A stretch of 64,000 nucleotides of DNA, from IMG/VR virus record IMGVR_UViG_3300001487_000052, positions 37,503 to 101,502 of that record, one strand, 5' to 3'. A model generated the notes under the pieces. It searched no databases and had not been told where the DNA came from. It worked only from the letters and a program-made list of their open reading frames with translations. Of the stretch, positions 18,111 through 28,359 are shown in pieces. Position 1 is the stretch's first letter, and each line of letters opens with the position of its first letter. The DNA comes from a virus (Duplodnaviria; Heunggongvirae; Uroviricota; Caudoviricetes). The position numbers were made by a program, and so were the translations under genes.

Positions 18111-18944
18111 ATGATTATATTAAGACAGAAACAATATTCACCTGGTTTCTCTGGCATAAAACAAGTACTTAAAAAGAATATTGATAGTGCCAGAATGAAA
18201 CTAGCTGAAAAATTAGATAAATCCATAGAGAAAGATTTAATTGAAAAGAATAGATTTGAAAATTTAGGTACGGAACTCAGTGATAGACTTAGGGAAAGAA
18301 CTATCACTACGGAAGCAGCTGAATCAGATATAGCCAAACGAATAAATTCCGGAGAAAGGATATCAAGAACTCATGCTAAGAATCCTTACATAGAAAACGG
18401 CGAACTAATTCTTCCAAATCCAATATCATCAGGGAAATTATATCATGAGATAGGTCACATAGAAAATGCTAACGGTAATAATGGCAAAATACCACAGTTT
18501 ATTAGTAAACATGGACAAACTCCAGAAAATCTTCGAGAAGTTAATGTTATGGATCTGATTAGTTCTGACTATAGATATTCAGATAGGGCTCAGCGTGAAG
18601 AATTGTTAAGAAATAACCCAGAAACATTAAAGGTGTTAAACGAATCTCTTGGAAATAAAAAACCGGTTGAATCTATAAAAAGATTTATTAAAGGAAAAAC
18701 TTTAGTAAGGGATGAGAGGAATGCTTCAAGATGGGGATTAAAGAAAACAAGAGAGAAAATAAACGACCCTGAGGTATTATCTCTTGAAGAACAGAGACAA
18801 AAAGCTGCGAACGAAACATATAATCGATCTATTTTAGCTTCCAGTAAAATACCTCTAAGGAATAGTATACAGATACCCAGTAAGAGAGGTAATTTTAAAT
18901 TTGATAAACTTAAAGAAGAGTATGATAAAAGAAACCCCAATTAA
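18111..18944 (+). CDS. MII-family protein with an HExxH metallopeptidase-like motif
   Basis: N-terminus MIILRQKQYS. LYHEIGHIEN motif. Confidence 0.55.
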   Translation: MIILRQKQYSPGFSGIKQVLKKNIDSARMKLAEKLDKSIEKDLIEKNRFENLGTELSDRLRERTITTEAAESDIAKRINSGERISRTHAKNPYIENGELILPNPISSGKLYHEIGHIENANGNNGKIPQFISKHGQTPENLREVNVMDLISSDYRYSDRAQREELLRNNPETLKVLNESLGNKKPVESIKRFIKGKTLVRDERNASRWGLKKTREKINDPEVLSLEEQRQKAANETYNRSILASSKIPLRNSIQIPSKRGNFKFDKLKEEYDKRNPN

Positions 18945-19446
18945 AGTAAGAATTTCTGGTTCAGGGAAATCCGCCAAAAAGATAATTAGTATATTAGAAC
19001 AGGGGAATATATCTGGTACTTGGATTGCAGTCTCCCCTAATGAAAAATTACCAGAGAGATATAAAGATTGTCAAGACCCAAAGGAGAATGTAGTAAGAGT
19101 ATTATATGATATTCCCTCTGATTGGTCTATATATAAAATCTCAGAGAAAGACAATGATCATGACTTGGTTGATAGTGTAATAGATGAAGTATATTCTATC
19201 CCCACTAAGAAAACAGTAAAGGAGCTCTGGGATGATTGTAGGTATCTCTGGGTTGTTATTAGTCCTGATTTAAACTATCCACAGTCTTATAACCATGAAA
19301 TCTTAAAACGAAATCAGTGGATAGAAAAAGGAGGATGGACGTTATTTTGTGTAGGCCTGGCAAATACATTAGAGGCGGAAGAAACTATTAGGGAGAAATT
19401 TAAATCCACACTTCCCCCTAATATAATCTACGAAGAAAGAACATAA
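18901..19446 (+). CDS. hypothetical protein (181 aa)
   Basis: ORF overlapping the upstream gene by 44 nt. Lies immediately upstream of the M23-domain tail protein. Confidence 0.45.
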   Translation: MINLKKSMIKETPIKVRISGSGKSAKKIISILEQGNISGTWIAVSPNEKLPERYKDCQDPKENVVRVLYDIPSDWSIYKISEKDNDHDLVDSVIDEVYSIPTKKTVKELWDDCRYLWVVISPDLNYPQSYNHEILKRNQWIEKGGWTLFCVGLANTLEAEETIREKFKSTLPPNIIYEERT

Positions 19447-19462
19447 AACAATAAAACAAAGT

Positions 19463-22400
19463 ATGGCAGAGAGCACAGATAAGAAAACTAGAAAAATTGC
19501 TGAGAAAAGAGTTGAACCAGGTAAGGAGTTTGAAAGTTATCAGGAGGCTCAAAACCAACTTTTAGCTATCCAAGCCGAACAACAACAAAATCTCGCACTA
19601 CAGGCTAATGATGCTATGAATGTACAACAACAAAATCAAACATTAGCACAGGCCGCAGAAGTTATGGCAATGGATAATCTAAACCCGGCTACACAAGGAA
19701 TATTGGCTGGGTATGGATTAAATCAGCCTAGGGTAATAAAACAAAGCAACACCCAAAGACAAGGACCCAACAACATAACCATAAACAATACTACCATAAA
19801 CAACGCTTCAGGTCCCGTTCAAGGTAGAGAAATAAGCATAAGACCACAAGAAGCTGGACAAACTAAATTTAAGGCGTGGTTAACTAATATATTCGCTAGA
19901 CAAGACGCTCAATGGCAAAAACAAAATCAAGAATATGCTAGAAGAGAGAGCTCATTGACTAGGAATTCAAATAAAATGATGAGGAAACTTGAGGGATTAG
20001 GAAAAGAGATAGGGAGTGTTATGGATCCAAGGAAAATAGCAAATACACAGAGAAACCAAATAAAAACACTTCTAACTATCATTGGGTTACCGTTATTGGC
20101 TAAATATCTCCCGAAAGTTTTTGAGAAAATTAATGGAATAGAAAAATCTGTTACTGGGTGGTTTAAGGAATTTAAGGAGAACGCAGGTGATAAAATAAAA
20201 GACTTGTTTGGCATAAAAGGAGATAAAGGAATATTAGAATCACTCCTATCGTCTCTACATAATCAAAATGAAGATGGTGTTCTTGATATAATCTTAAAAA
20301 AGATAAATGAATGGTTAACAGAGCATATAGACTTAGCCAACAAAATTTCTCCAATTAATGTTTCTCTCCTAAATCCAGGTGAATCCCTAAAATCTTTTGC
20401 TGATTGGTTATCTATTGTGTTAGGTGGTACAAAGCAAGCAAATAGGTTTGTAAACAACCAAAAGCGATTAGATTTAATAGGAGGTTTATCAGATCAAAAC
20501 AAAAAAGAAGAGGACTTCCAAGTTAGTGCGTTATCTACTGGAGAGGAGGATAAAGAAATATTTGATGGTAAAGGACATCGAATCTTAATGAATAGGAAAG
20601 AAACTAATAGAGGCTCGGCTGAGATTGACTCTAATACAAGCTCAGAACAACTCTATTCTGAATTTTCCTCCTGGGCAAGTGAAAAGGGCCTTAAACCAAC
20701 AAAAAGTAATTTAAATGAATACTTAAGGCAAAGGGATGACGTTACCTACACAGGAGAAGCCATAATTCTAACAAAAAGTGTTCATGATTCAGCAAAAAAA
20801 GGATATTTAGTTTTTTCTGATGAAGACTTGAATTTTTGGAAGGATGGAATAAGTGGAGAAAATTGGTATGGTTCACTAGCAGCATCATTAGATATAGTCG
20901 CTAATATAAAAAAAAAGTCAGTGACAATAACTAAGGAAAACCCAAGTGCAGTAAATGGGACACATAAAATTACCTCATCTAGAGAGAAAGAAAAGAGTAT
21001 ATTACCTAACAGAATTCTACTCTTGCTCAATTTACTGCTTAAGGCAGCGAAGAGATATGGTCCCCAACCAGTATTTAATTCTTTCTTAACTATGTTTTTT
21101 GATATTGGGAAGATATCTCAACTTGAAGAAGATGAAGTCTTAGTACCTCAAAAATTTAAGCTCATTAGAGAACGAATGACTGAGAATGATAGACAGAGAT
21201 ATTGGCCAAGGGGAAGGAAAGGATATTCAAATTTCTATAAAAAAATAGTAATGCAAAATGTAACTGGAAAGGCATTAAAATTAAAAGAAAAAGATTTTAA
21301 TGGAAATGAGAACAAAGATAGTTGGGAAATTTATAGAATTTCTGCCCAAGGTATCGCTAACATATTAGAGATGACAACAAAAAGTTCTGAAGAGACATAT
21401 ACTGAAGAGGCACAGAGGTGGTTAATAGATTATTTAGTTAGGAATAAAAAAGTTTCTAATCAAACCGTCACTTATGATATAGATGAAGATTATCAAAAAA
21501 CAATGGATAATATTTCAGCAGCACAGGCGGAAGAAGATCAGACCAGACTCAATTTAGCACTCACTCATGAAACTAAACAAACAGAGGGATATTCACAAGA
21601 GGATGCTAACTCCTATGTCGATTCAGGTAAATCAAAGATTAAACAAGATATACCTAGGGTTAGTTATGTAGAGAGATCTTCGGATTTCAGATCACCATAT
21701 TCTGTAACAGATGAGGAAAAAAGTAAGTCACCTAGATTAGTAATTGGTAAATCTATTAGTGGTGTAACAAAAGCTTTTGGTGGTACAGGAGCCTTAACTA
21801 GTAATTTCATGGAATGGAGAGACAGTAGGTTTCATTATGGAATCGATTTAGCAAATTCTGCTGGAGATGAAGTAAAGTATCCGGGTTACGGAACAATAAT
21901 GCAAAGTGGGAGAACTAACAAAAGTGGAACATACATTGATATAAAAGATGAACGTGGATATACTACAAGATATTATCACGCTAGACTTTATGGTGGACTA
22001 CAACCAGGTAGTAAGGTAACACCAGGACAACCAATAGGAATTACAGAAAGAAAAGGTGAGAATGGAAATTCTACTTACCCGCATATTCACGTAGAGGTTC
22101 ATGACCCAGATTGGAGCAAACAGGCTGGCAAGGAGTATCAACATAAACACTATGTAAATCCTTTAGTTTACTGGAGTAGACATAAAGCTGAGAAACAACA
22201 AGTATTACAACCCAATACTGATAATTCGCCAGATGAATCAGTAAGTATACAGCAAAATACAGGAGTCATTCCAGCATCTGGTGGTCCCGACTTCGATATA
22301 TCACCGCAAGAAGCTTTATCCCCTAAAATCAATAGCAGGGTTAAAGTTGAATTACCACATAAATTTATAGATATTAATAAAAAAGAACTAGGTTCAACAA

Positions 22401-22600
22401 ATAATAGGTCTGAAATAGAATCTCCTACTAATCAAGTTTTAGCTGCTGGATTTCAAGCAACCATAACTAATGATCAAAATGGTTATCAGATTTTATCTGC
22501 ACAATTAGCTTCAATTGAGAGTAAATTAAGTGCTATCATGGTTACTTCTGGTTCTAAACAAAAACCAAGTGCCTCTTCAATCACAACTAAAGATATATAA
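19463..22600 (+). CDS. coiled-coil tail protein with a C-terminal M23 (LytM-type) peptidase domain; tape-measure-like or virion-associated lysin
   Basis: Q/A-rich N-terminal region. M23 signatures FHYGIDLA, YYHARL and PHIHVEVHD around nt 21800-22110. Confidence 0.65.
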   Translation: MAESTDKKTRKIAEKRVEPGKEFESYQEAQNQLLAIQAEQQQNLALQANDAMNVQQQNQTLAQAAEVMAMDNLNPATQGILAGYGLNQPRVIKQSNTQRQGPNNITINNTTINNASGPVQGREISIRPQEAGQTKFKAWLTNIFARQDAQWQKQNQEYARRESSLTRNSNKMMRKLEGLGKEIGSVMDPRKIANTQRNQIKTLLTIIGLPLLAKYLPKVFEKINGIEKSVTGWFKEFKENAGDKIKDLFGIKGDKGILESLLSSLHNQNEDGVLDIILKKINEWLTEHIDLANKISPINVSLLNPGESLKSFADWLSIVLGGTKQANRFVNNQKRLDLIGGLSDQNKKEEDFQVSALSTGEEDKEIFDGKGHRILMNRKETNRGSAEIDSNTSSEQLYSEFSSWASEKGLKPTKSNLNEYLRQRDDVTYTGEAIILTKSVHDSAKKGYLVFSDEDLNFWKDGISGENWYGSLAASLDIVANIKKKSVTITKENPSAVNGTHKITSSREKEKSILPNRILLLLNLLLKAAKRYGPQPVFNSFLTMFFDIGKISQLEEDEVLVPQKFKLIRERMTENDRQRYWPRGRKGYSNFYKKIVMQNVTGKALKLKEKDFNGNENKDSWEIYRISAQGIANILEMTTKSSEETYTEEAQRWLIDYLVRNKKVSNQTVTYDIDEDYQKTMDNISAAQAEEDQTRLNLALTHETKQTEGYSQEDANSYVDSGKSKIKQDIPRVSYVERSSDFRSPYSVTDEEKSKSPRLVIGKSISGVTKAFGGTGALTSNFMEWRDSRFHYGIDLANSAGDEVKYPGYGTIMQSGRTNKSGTYIDIKDERGYTTRYYHARLYGGLQPGSKVTPGQPIGITERKGENGNSTYPHIHVEVHDPDWSKQAGKEYQHKHYVNPLVYWSRHKAEKQQVLQPNTDNSPDESVSIQQNTGVIPASGGPDFDISPQEALSPKINSRVKVELPHKFIDINKKELGSTNNRSEIESPTNQVLAAGFQATITNDQNGYQILSAQLASIESKLSAIMVTSGSKQKPSASSITTKDI

Positions 22601-22602
22601 AT

Positions 22603-23883
22603 ATGAATGGATGGTATTATGACGAACAATTGAATAATCCACTAACTTCAGTTTCCCTTCATCCAAATCAACTTTACGTAGGTGGAGAATGGGTTAATGT
22701 AACAGAAATAACTATAGATAATGTTTCTCATAAACCCGACGATGAAAAATTTGTAACTCAGGCTGGTGATCAAATAGTTGGGTATGATATAGTTCCTATA
22801 GCTACTTCAATTATTTCAGAAGACTTCAATGTTGCAGTAGCCAATACGTGGTCCCCATATGGCAGTGGAGAGGAGATAACTAGTTTATGGAATTCTTTTA
22901 GATCAGCCGCACCTTATGTAGATTCAATAAGAAGAGGTTTAAAAGAAGTTAATAAGACTCTAGAAACAGAAGAAGACGATGGCGCTGTAGTAACTTTTTT
23001 AAAAAGTGTAGGAGGTCTCGTTTCAAATAGTTATGATGCTAATCTAGGACTTTTGCAACATAGATTAAATGATCACCTTATAACTCAAGGAACTAGATTT
23101 TCATACTATGCGGGCTCAGGTATTGCATTTGGTGGACTAGGAATGAAATATACTATATTTCCTAAGTTTGATAATGTAAATGGTTTCATTTCCGTAATAA
23201 AACAGATCCAACAGTTATATCCATATGTAAATGGAAAGCTGGAAATAGAAACGTATGATGTTGTAAAAAATGCAATAATGGAATGGAAAGAAACAATCTC
23301 TGGGAAAAATAAAATAAAAGAGAAAGGTGATGCTTGGTTTAATAGTGCCTTAAACTCGGTAGATAAATTAATAGATGACGCAAAAACAGCGACAGGAAAA
23401 GGAGAGACTGGTAAAGCAGAGGCCACTACAGCCTGGACTAATCTTAAAAGTAAATTTAAAGATATAACAGACACAACGTTAAGTATTGCCGATGATATAG
23501 TAAAAGCGATTTTAGATGCCGGTCTCTTAGCCTGGCAAAAAGCTCCTGGTGGATTTAAGCCGTATTATAAAGATATCGATATAGCACTTCAAGGCACTTT
23601 AAAACTAAGAATAGGAACGCAGTATTCCATATCTTCACTTTTGTGTCAAGATGTATCATTAAATTTTTCAAAGACGATGGTGAAAAATCCAGAAGATGGG
23701 ACAATATCCCCGCTATATTGTGATGTCACCATGAATTTAATTCCAGCCACAAAATTTTCTAATACCTCCTTAGAAAAATTTGTAAGAGGTGATTTTAATC
23801 AAAATAGGGGTACAATCAGTAATGAATTAAATAAAAAGCTACAACAAGAAAAAGAGCTGATCCAACAAACTTATTCACTCTAA
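22603..23883 (+). CDS. hypothetical structural protein (426 aa)
   Basis: Long co-directional ORF. Confidence 0.5.
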   Translation: MNGWYYDEQLNNPLTSVSLHPNQLYVGGEWVNVTEITIDNVSHKPDDEKFVTQAGDQIVGYDIVPIATSIISEDFNVAVANTWSPYGSGEEITSLWNSFRSAAPYVDSIRRGLKEVNKTLETEEDDGAVVTFLKSVGGLVSNSYDANLGLLQHRLNDHLITQGTRFSYYAGSGIAFGGLGMKYTIFPKFDNVNGFISVIKQIQQLYPYVNGKLEIETYDVVKNAIMEWKETISGKNKIKEKGDAWFNSALNSVDKLIDDAKTATGKGETGKAEATTAWTNLKSKFKDITDTTLSIADDIVKAILDAGLLAWQKAPGGFKPYYKDIDIALQGTLKLRIGTQYSISSLLCQDVSLNFSKTMVKNPEDGTISPLYCDVTMNLIPATKFSNTSLEKFVRGDFNQNRGTISNELNKKLQQEKELIQQTYSL

Positions 23884-23887
23884 TATT

Positions 23888-24193
23888 ATGTACAGAAAAA
23901 AAAATAAAATAATAACAGCTAAAAATGATCCTTCCAATTACGTTTTTGGATATGATATTTATGATTCACTCCTTTTCTCACTCATTAACGATACGACTTT
24001 AGAGCGGGAAAATCATGAAATTACTGTACATGAATATCGACCAGACTTAATTGCACAGGATATTTACGGATCTACTTCTTATCTTGGTCTTTTTCTACTT
24101 CAAGTCAAAAAACCCCTTGCTGACTTAAAGAGAGGGACTATTTTAAGTGTTCTACCAAAAACTGTACTAGATACTATAATTAAAAATATGTGA
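23888..24193 (+). CDS. hypothetical protein (101 aa)
   Basis: ORF. Its stop overlaps the next start. Confidence 0.4.
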   Translation: MYRKKNKIITAKNDPSNYVFGYDIYDSLLFSLINDTTLERENHEITVHEYRPDLIAQDIYGSTSYLGLFLLQVKKPLADLKRGTILSVLPKTVLDTIIKNM

Positions 24194-25290
24194 GTATGAC
24201 AGAAATGGTAAATACACAAAACATTTCTATAGAGTTAACTCCTTGGACTGATCAATACTTCTCTATAGATTGGCTACAGCTTAAGGAAGAGCTTGGGGGA
24301 AATCTACCTGTAGGAAAAGCATCTCTAATATTCCCAAGAAATGAAGATTCTTTAAACTTATTGCTGGAAGAAAATACAGGGAAACTCTTATTTTCAGATA
24401 ATAATGATTCAGGATTTAATTTTGAACTTCCCATCTTCATAACTTCTAGAGGATACAATGAAAATGCATTAGTAATAGATTTTACATGTACTCCCTCCAA
24501 TAAGTTTTTTGAAGAACGAATCTCTGGGACCTACGATAATATACAAAATGCCATAGAAACAGTATATCCAGGTACTCTCGATATTAGAGTAGAATCTGAT
24601 CAAAATAATGAACAAAAAATCCACCAAAACTGTGAGACGTCTTTAAACTTTCTTAGACGACTTGGGTATTCTTATAAAGCAGATACTGTTTTTGGATTTT
24701 CTTGGACAGGTTTTTTGATTAAGGATATAATAGGGACGAGTTCTACAGGGAAAGATGAAAGTATAGATGATGACCTTCCAGAGATTATTGGTGGTGGAAC
24801 TGGAAATCTCACGAACACTCAACCCTATACTCTTACCTATAGTAGAAAAGAGAACTATCCTGTTATTAATCCCTGGACCGACGAAGATAATACATTACAA
24901 GAAACATATTCTGACTATATTCCAAAAAATGTAATTTCAGTATTAGGTACAACGTATTATATTTGTCGAGCAGGGTTTGAGGATATGATTAAAAACTATA
25001 TCATAAATACTACAAAGATTAATGCTGGCTATAGCGTAAAATATTCTATTACTGGCTCTCTTATGCCAAATTCTTATAGGCTAGGAGACCTCATTAAATA
25101 TAGAAGAGCTGATGATGAAGAATATATTAATGATCCAGACTACTATACCAAGTGTTTAGTCTTTAGCAATGAAGTGTTTATAGGAAATGGTCAAGATATT
25201 GTTGGTCCTCATGGTTTTAACTTTGAATGGACTACAGAACTCAGAGGTATAGAAGAAGGACCTTGGACTAAAATTAAAGAAACAGAATAA
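24190..25290 (+). CDS. hypothetical structural protein (366 aa)
   Basis: Long co-directional ORF. Confidence 0.5.
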   Translation: MSMTEMVNTQNISIELTPWTDQYFSIDWLQLKEELGGNLPVGKASLIFPRNEDSLNLLLEENTGKLLFSDNNDSGFNFELPIFITSRGYNENALVIDFTCTPSNKFFEERISGTYDNIQNAIETVYPGTLDIRVESDQNNEQKIHQNCETSLNFLRRLGYSYKADTVFGFSWTGFLIKDIIGTSSTGKDESIDDDLPEIIGGGTGNLTNTQPYTLTYSRKENYPVINPWTDEDNTLQETYSDYIPKNVISVLGTTYYICRAGFEDMIKNYIINTTKINAGYSVKYSITGSLMPNSYRLGDLIKYRRADDEEYINDPDYYTKCLVFSNEVFIGNGQDIVGPHGFNFEWTTELRGIEEGPWTKIKETE

Positions 25291-25296
25291 ACAAAA

Positions 25297-25343
25297 TTCC
25301 CAGGACGATCTAAGAATCTACCCTTTAATGTGGATCCTGGGAA
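25297..25343 (+). promoter_or_regulatory. conserved structured intergenic element, copy 3 (TTCCCAGGA...CCCTTTAATGTGGA...TCCTGGGAA)
   Basis: Stem differs from copy 1 by a compensated A-to-G / T-to-C pair. Inner mini-hairpin GATctaagaATC is also compensated. Confidence 0.55.
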
Positions 25344-25392
25344 CAATTACCTTATATTTGAAATGAAAAAATAGAATTTCTATTAATCTATA

Positions 25393-25767
25393 ATGGACAA
25401 AAACGACTTCAGGCTTAGATTCTTGCATAAAAAATTATATCTTAAAGAATTCTCCCCTCGTGCTAATTTAGGTCTTCTTTATTACAAAAATAACAAAAAA
25501 GCAATATACTCTGTTTTGTTTAATGTAGTAAATGAAGGAAGAGAACTAATTATAAGAGATATACCAAAAACCTTAGACTTAGATCTTGATATCGCTGTTA
25601 TTGCTGTGGAGAGGCTATTAGAGTTATTAGATCCAGATATAACACACGCAATGATTAATTCATCCTGGCAATTTGAGTTTTATAGTAGAAAATTAAACTT
25701 CTATAGAAAACATCCATATTCTTGTATGATGACTTTTGAAAAATCAACAGAAGGATATGTTTTTTAA
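25393..25767 (+). CDS. hypothetical protein (124 aa), first gene of the accessory island
   Basis: ORF downstream of element copy 3. Confidence 0.35.
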   Translation: MDKNDFRLRFLHKKLYLKEFSPRANLGLLYYKNNKKAIYSVLFNVVNEGRELIIRDIPKTLDLDLDIAVIAVERLLELLDPDITHAMINSSWQFEFYSRKLNFYRKHPYSCMMTFEKSTEGYVF

Positions 25768-25939
25768 GTGGATAATCATAGTGGCCCTTATTCTTGGTTT
25801 CATAGGGGCAATAGTAAGTTTCATCCGGTTAGCAAATAAAAAAGATACCACCCCCATACAATTAATAGCTATGGCCTTGGATATTGCTTATTTTCCAGGA
25901 GGGGCCGTTCTTTTACTTTGGATATTAGGTATTATATGA
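25736..25939 (+). CDS. small two-helix membrane protein (holin-like topology; speculative)
   Basis: 67 aa with two hydrophobic helices (WIIIVALILGFIGAIVSFI; FPGGAVLLLWILGII). Confidence 0.3.
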   Translation: MKNQQKDMFFKWIIIVALILGFIGAIVSFIRLANKKDTTPIQLIAMALDIAYFPGGAVLLLWILGII

Positions 25940-26202
25940 AAATTGGTAAAGAAAGGGACTTGGTGTATATATTCCCTAAAAAGAAGGGACACAAATATTA
26001 TAAACCCGGACTAAAGGCATTCATAAAACTCTTGAATGGTAAGGTTTGTACAGGGGTTTTGTATTTTAAAGTCGACCAAAATAGGAATTTTATAGTGGAA
26101 GACCAACAATCTGCTGCACTAGACCATGAGAATATAAAACGAGCTTTTGCGACTTGGTTCTTATCTATTCCAGGGACAAATAAAATAATATGGTTAAAGT
26201 AA
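25918..26202 (+). CDS. hypothetical protein (94 aa)
   Basis: ORF only. Confidence 0.3.
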   Translation: MDIRYYMKIGKERDLVYIFPKKKGHKYYKPGLKAFIKLLNGKVCTGVLYFKVDQNRNFIVEDQQSAALDHENIKRAFATWFLSIPGTNKIIWLK

Positions 26203-26576
26203 TAATCCCAAGAAAATACGGATTATATAAAATCTACGATGAAGTAAAACAAATTGACAACACTAACCGACTCTTAATATTTAAGAAAAATATACCTTAT
26301 CTAGTATATGGTTTCTTGTTCTATTCTTGCTTTGATGATAGGATAGAGCTACTAGATTGGTTATTATACAATGGTTCAGATATAGATACTGACTTAACAA
26401 AAATATTATTATATTTCTTAAAAACAAAGGGATCTATAGCAGTAAACCTAGAAAAAACCAGGCTCGAATATGGTGATTATAAGTGGGTATCTGAACTTTT
26501 GGGTAGTGTAGAAGAAGTAGTAGAAATAACAAATAAAGCAAATATAATATGGAAACTGAAAGACTGTACTACTTAG
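26190..26576 (+). CDS. hypothetical protein (128 aa)
   Basis: ORF only. Confidence 0.35.
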   Translation: MVKVIIPRKYGLYKIYDEVKQIDNTNRLLIFKKNIPYLVYGFLFYSCFDDRIELLDWLLYNGSDIDTDLTKILLYFLKTKGSIAVNLEKTRLEYGDYKWVSELLGSVEEVVEITNKANIIWKLKDCTT

Positions 26577-27208
26577 GTGTAGTAAAAAATATAATAGAAG
26601 ATGAAGATAATGGAATAACTAAGGAATACGGAATTATAGAAGCTGATATCCCCGGTGTTATTCAAGGTATACGAGCATTTCCCAAGCGCGACGAACTTAA
26701 CGAGCCAAAGCCTGGGGATGCTATTTTATTACTCTGTCTTGACCCTATTCTTAATTCTTACTGGATTTATGAAAGAATTAAGGAGAATGATTTTATAGGG
26801 ATTAGAGCAGCAGGAAAAATGATTGATATAACTCCCGATTATATAAGCATAGGAATATTCGATAAGGACTCAGAATATAAAGAAGATGAGCGGCCTGAAA
26901 TGAAAACTTACCTGAAACTAGACTCGGAAGGGAACTTAGAAATAAAGACAGAAGGAAACACGAGTATAGAGGTCAAGGGGAATACTGAGATAAAAACTGA
27001 GGGAGATACAAATATAGAAACCTCCGGAACAACAGATATAAAATCGAATGGGGCCTGTACTATAAATTCCCCCGATGTAAAGGTGACAGGAGGAAAACTA
27101 ACTGTGAATGGTGCTGGAGTTGCTAATGGACAGGGTGGATTTTGTGGTCTTCCAAACTGCCTCTTTACTTCCGCACCTCACGTAACTAACACAATAACTG
27201 GAACTTAA
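26549..27208 (+). CDS. baseplate central spike protein (gpV / gp5-like: N-terminal OB-fold plus octapeptide beta-helix repeats)
   Basis: GVIQGIRAFPKRDELNEPKPGDAILLLCLDP resembles the gpV OB-domain pattern (vRvrfp...P-x-GD-x-VlvlF). Tandem 8-aa repeats IKTEGNTS/IEVKGNTE/IKTEGDTN/IETSGTTD/IKSNGACT. Confidence 0.55.
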   Translation: METERLYYLGVVKNIIEDEDNGITKEYGIIEADIPGVIQGIRAFPKRDELNEPKPGDAILLLCLDPILNSYWIYERIKENDFIGIRAAGKMIDITPDYISIGIFDKDSEYKEDERPEMKTYLKLDSEGNLEIKTEGNTSIEVKGNTEIKTEGDTNIETSGTTDIKSNGACTINSPDVKVTGGKLTVNGAGVANGQGGFCGLPNCLFTSAPHVTNTITGT

Positions 27209-27228
27209 TTCTGACCCTTATACCTGAG

Positions 27229-27648
27229 ATGATAAAGTACATAGGTAATGATATGTTTTTATTAGAGAAAAAAACAGAACCAATAACCTCTCTTAATCTT
27301 TTTGGTATATATCGCCTCCATAATGAATTTATAAGTGATGTAGAGGATAATATAGAAATAGAGACAAGTAAGCTAGAAGAAATAGAGGATGGACTTATAA
27401 TGCGAGTTGCTACAATATCCATAATCCTCTTACTCCGACATATAAAGCATGAAATTGTCTTTAATGAACTCTACTTATCTCAAAAACAAGCTTATCTCCA
27501 CGTACAATATGAAGATGGGATTGAAATAGAAACTAAGTTCAATGCAGGAGAAGAAGAAAGACTAATTCTTTGCTTGAAAGATAAGGATGGTTTTGAATTA
27601 AATAATATAGGTCTCAGGTTAAATGAACTCACAGAACTTATTTCCTAA
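27229..27648 (+). CDS. MIKYIGND-family protein, paralog A
   Basis: N-terminus MIKYIGNDMF. Paralog of 30249-30662, sharing MIKYIGND and (V/A)TI(S/A)IIL(L/S)LR. Confidence 0.45.
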   Translation: MIKYIGNDMFLLEKKTEPITSLNLFGIYRLHNEFISDVEDNIEIETSKLEEIEDGLIMRVATISIILLLRHIKHEIVFNELYLSQKQAYLHVQYEDGIEIETKFNAGEEERLILCLKDKDGFELNNIGLRLNELTELIS

Positions 27649-27768
27649 GTTAATCGGAATAAAGAAGTGAATTATACGAGAAGAAAAATGTCTGGAGCTC
27701 TTAGAAAGGAAACGTGGAAAATAAAAAACTAATCCCCGTAAACATCTATAACTTTAATATATACGAAG

Positions 27769-28359
27769 ATGCCATTAGTAGTTGATGATATGACACAGAA
27801 GGTTAAGAATGATATGTCTAACCTTGTCAACCAGAACATGTCAACAGATGAAGATGGGAACCAGGTATTGACAGAGGATGGGGCTAAGAATATTGCTTCT
27901 AATTCTTTACAAACACTGTGGTCTTCAATCTGTTCCTATATATCCCAAAACTCAGTTGTACAGGCTTCTTGGACTGCTACTAATCCGAATTCTGGCGTTC
28001 CCGATCCTGTAGTAGTTATAACAGGAAAAATAAACGCTATAGAAGGAACTGGATTACAACAAGCACCCCTAAAACCTTGTACAGACGCTACTTCCGCTTT
28101 ATCAATACTATCCGGACAAATGAACCTACTAATGATGACTTGGAATGTAAGCTGGGATGATCCGACTCTCCTTGTCTCTCCAGTTCTCCTCATGACTCCG
28201 CTTATAATACTCACGCCGGTAGGAGAGGGCGGAGATGGACTTGGGGATATATGTGAAAAAATAATTGAATCAGTAAAAAATACCGCCCATTATACACCGG
28301 CGTTTTCAGGTACTCATGCGGCTTTTACTGGAGGAGGAGCACTAACTTCTATAGTATGA
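27769..28359 (+). CDS. hypothetical protein (196 aa)
   Basis: ORF; Gly-rich C-terminus. Confidence 0.4.
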   Translation: MPLVVDDMTQKVKNDMSNLVNQNMSTDEDGNQVLTEDGAKNIASNSLQTLWSSICSYISQNSVVQASWTATNPNSGVPDPVVVITGKINAIEGTGLQQAPLKPCTDATSALSILSGQMNLLMMTWNVSWDDPTLLVSPVLLMTPLIILTPVGEGGDGLGDICEKIIESVKNTAHYTPAFSGTHAAFTGGGALTSIV

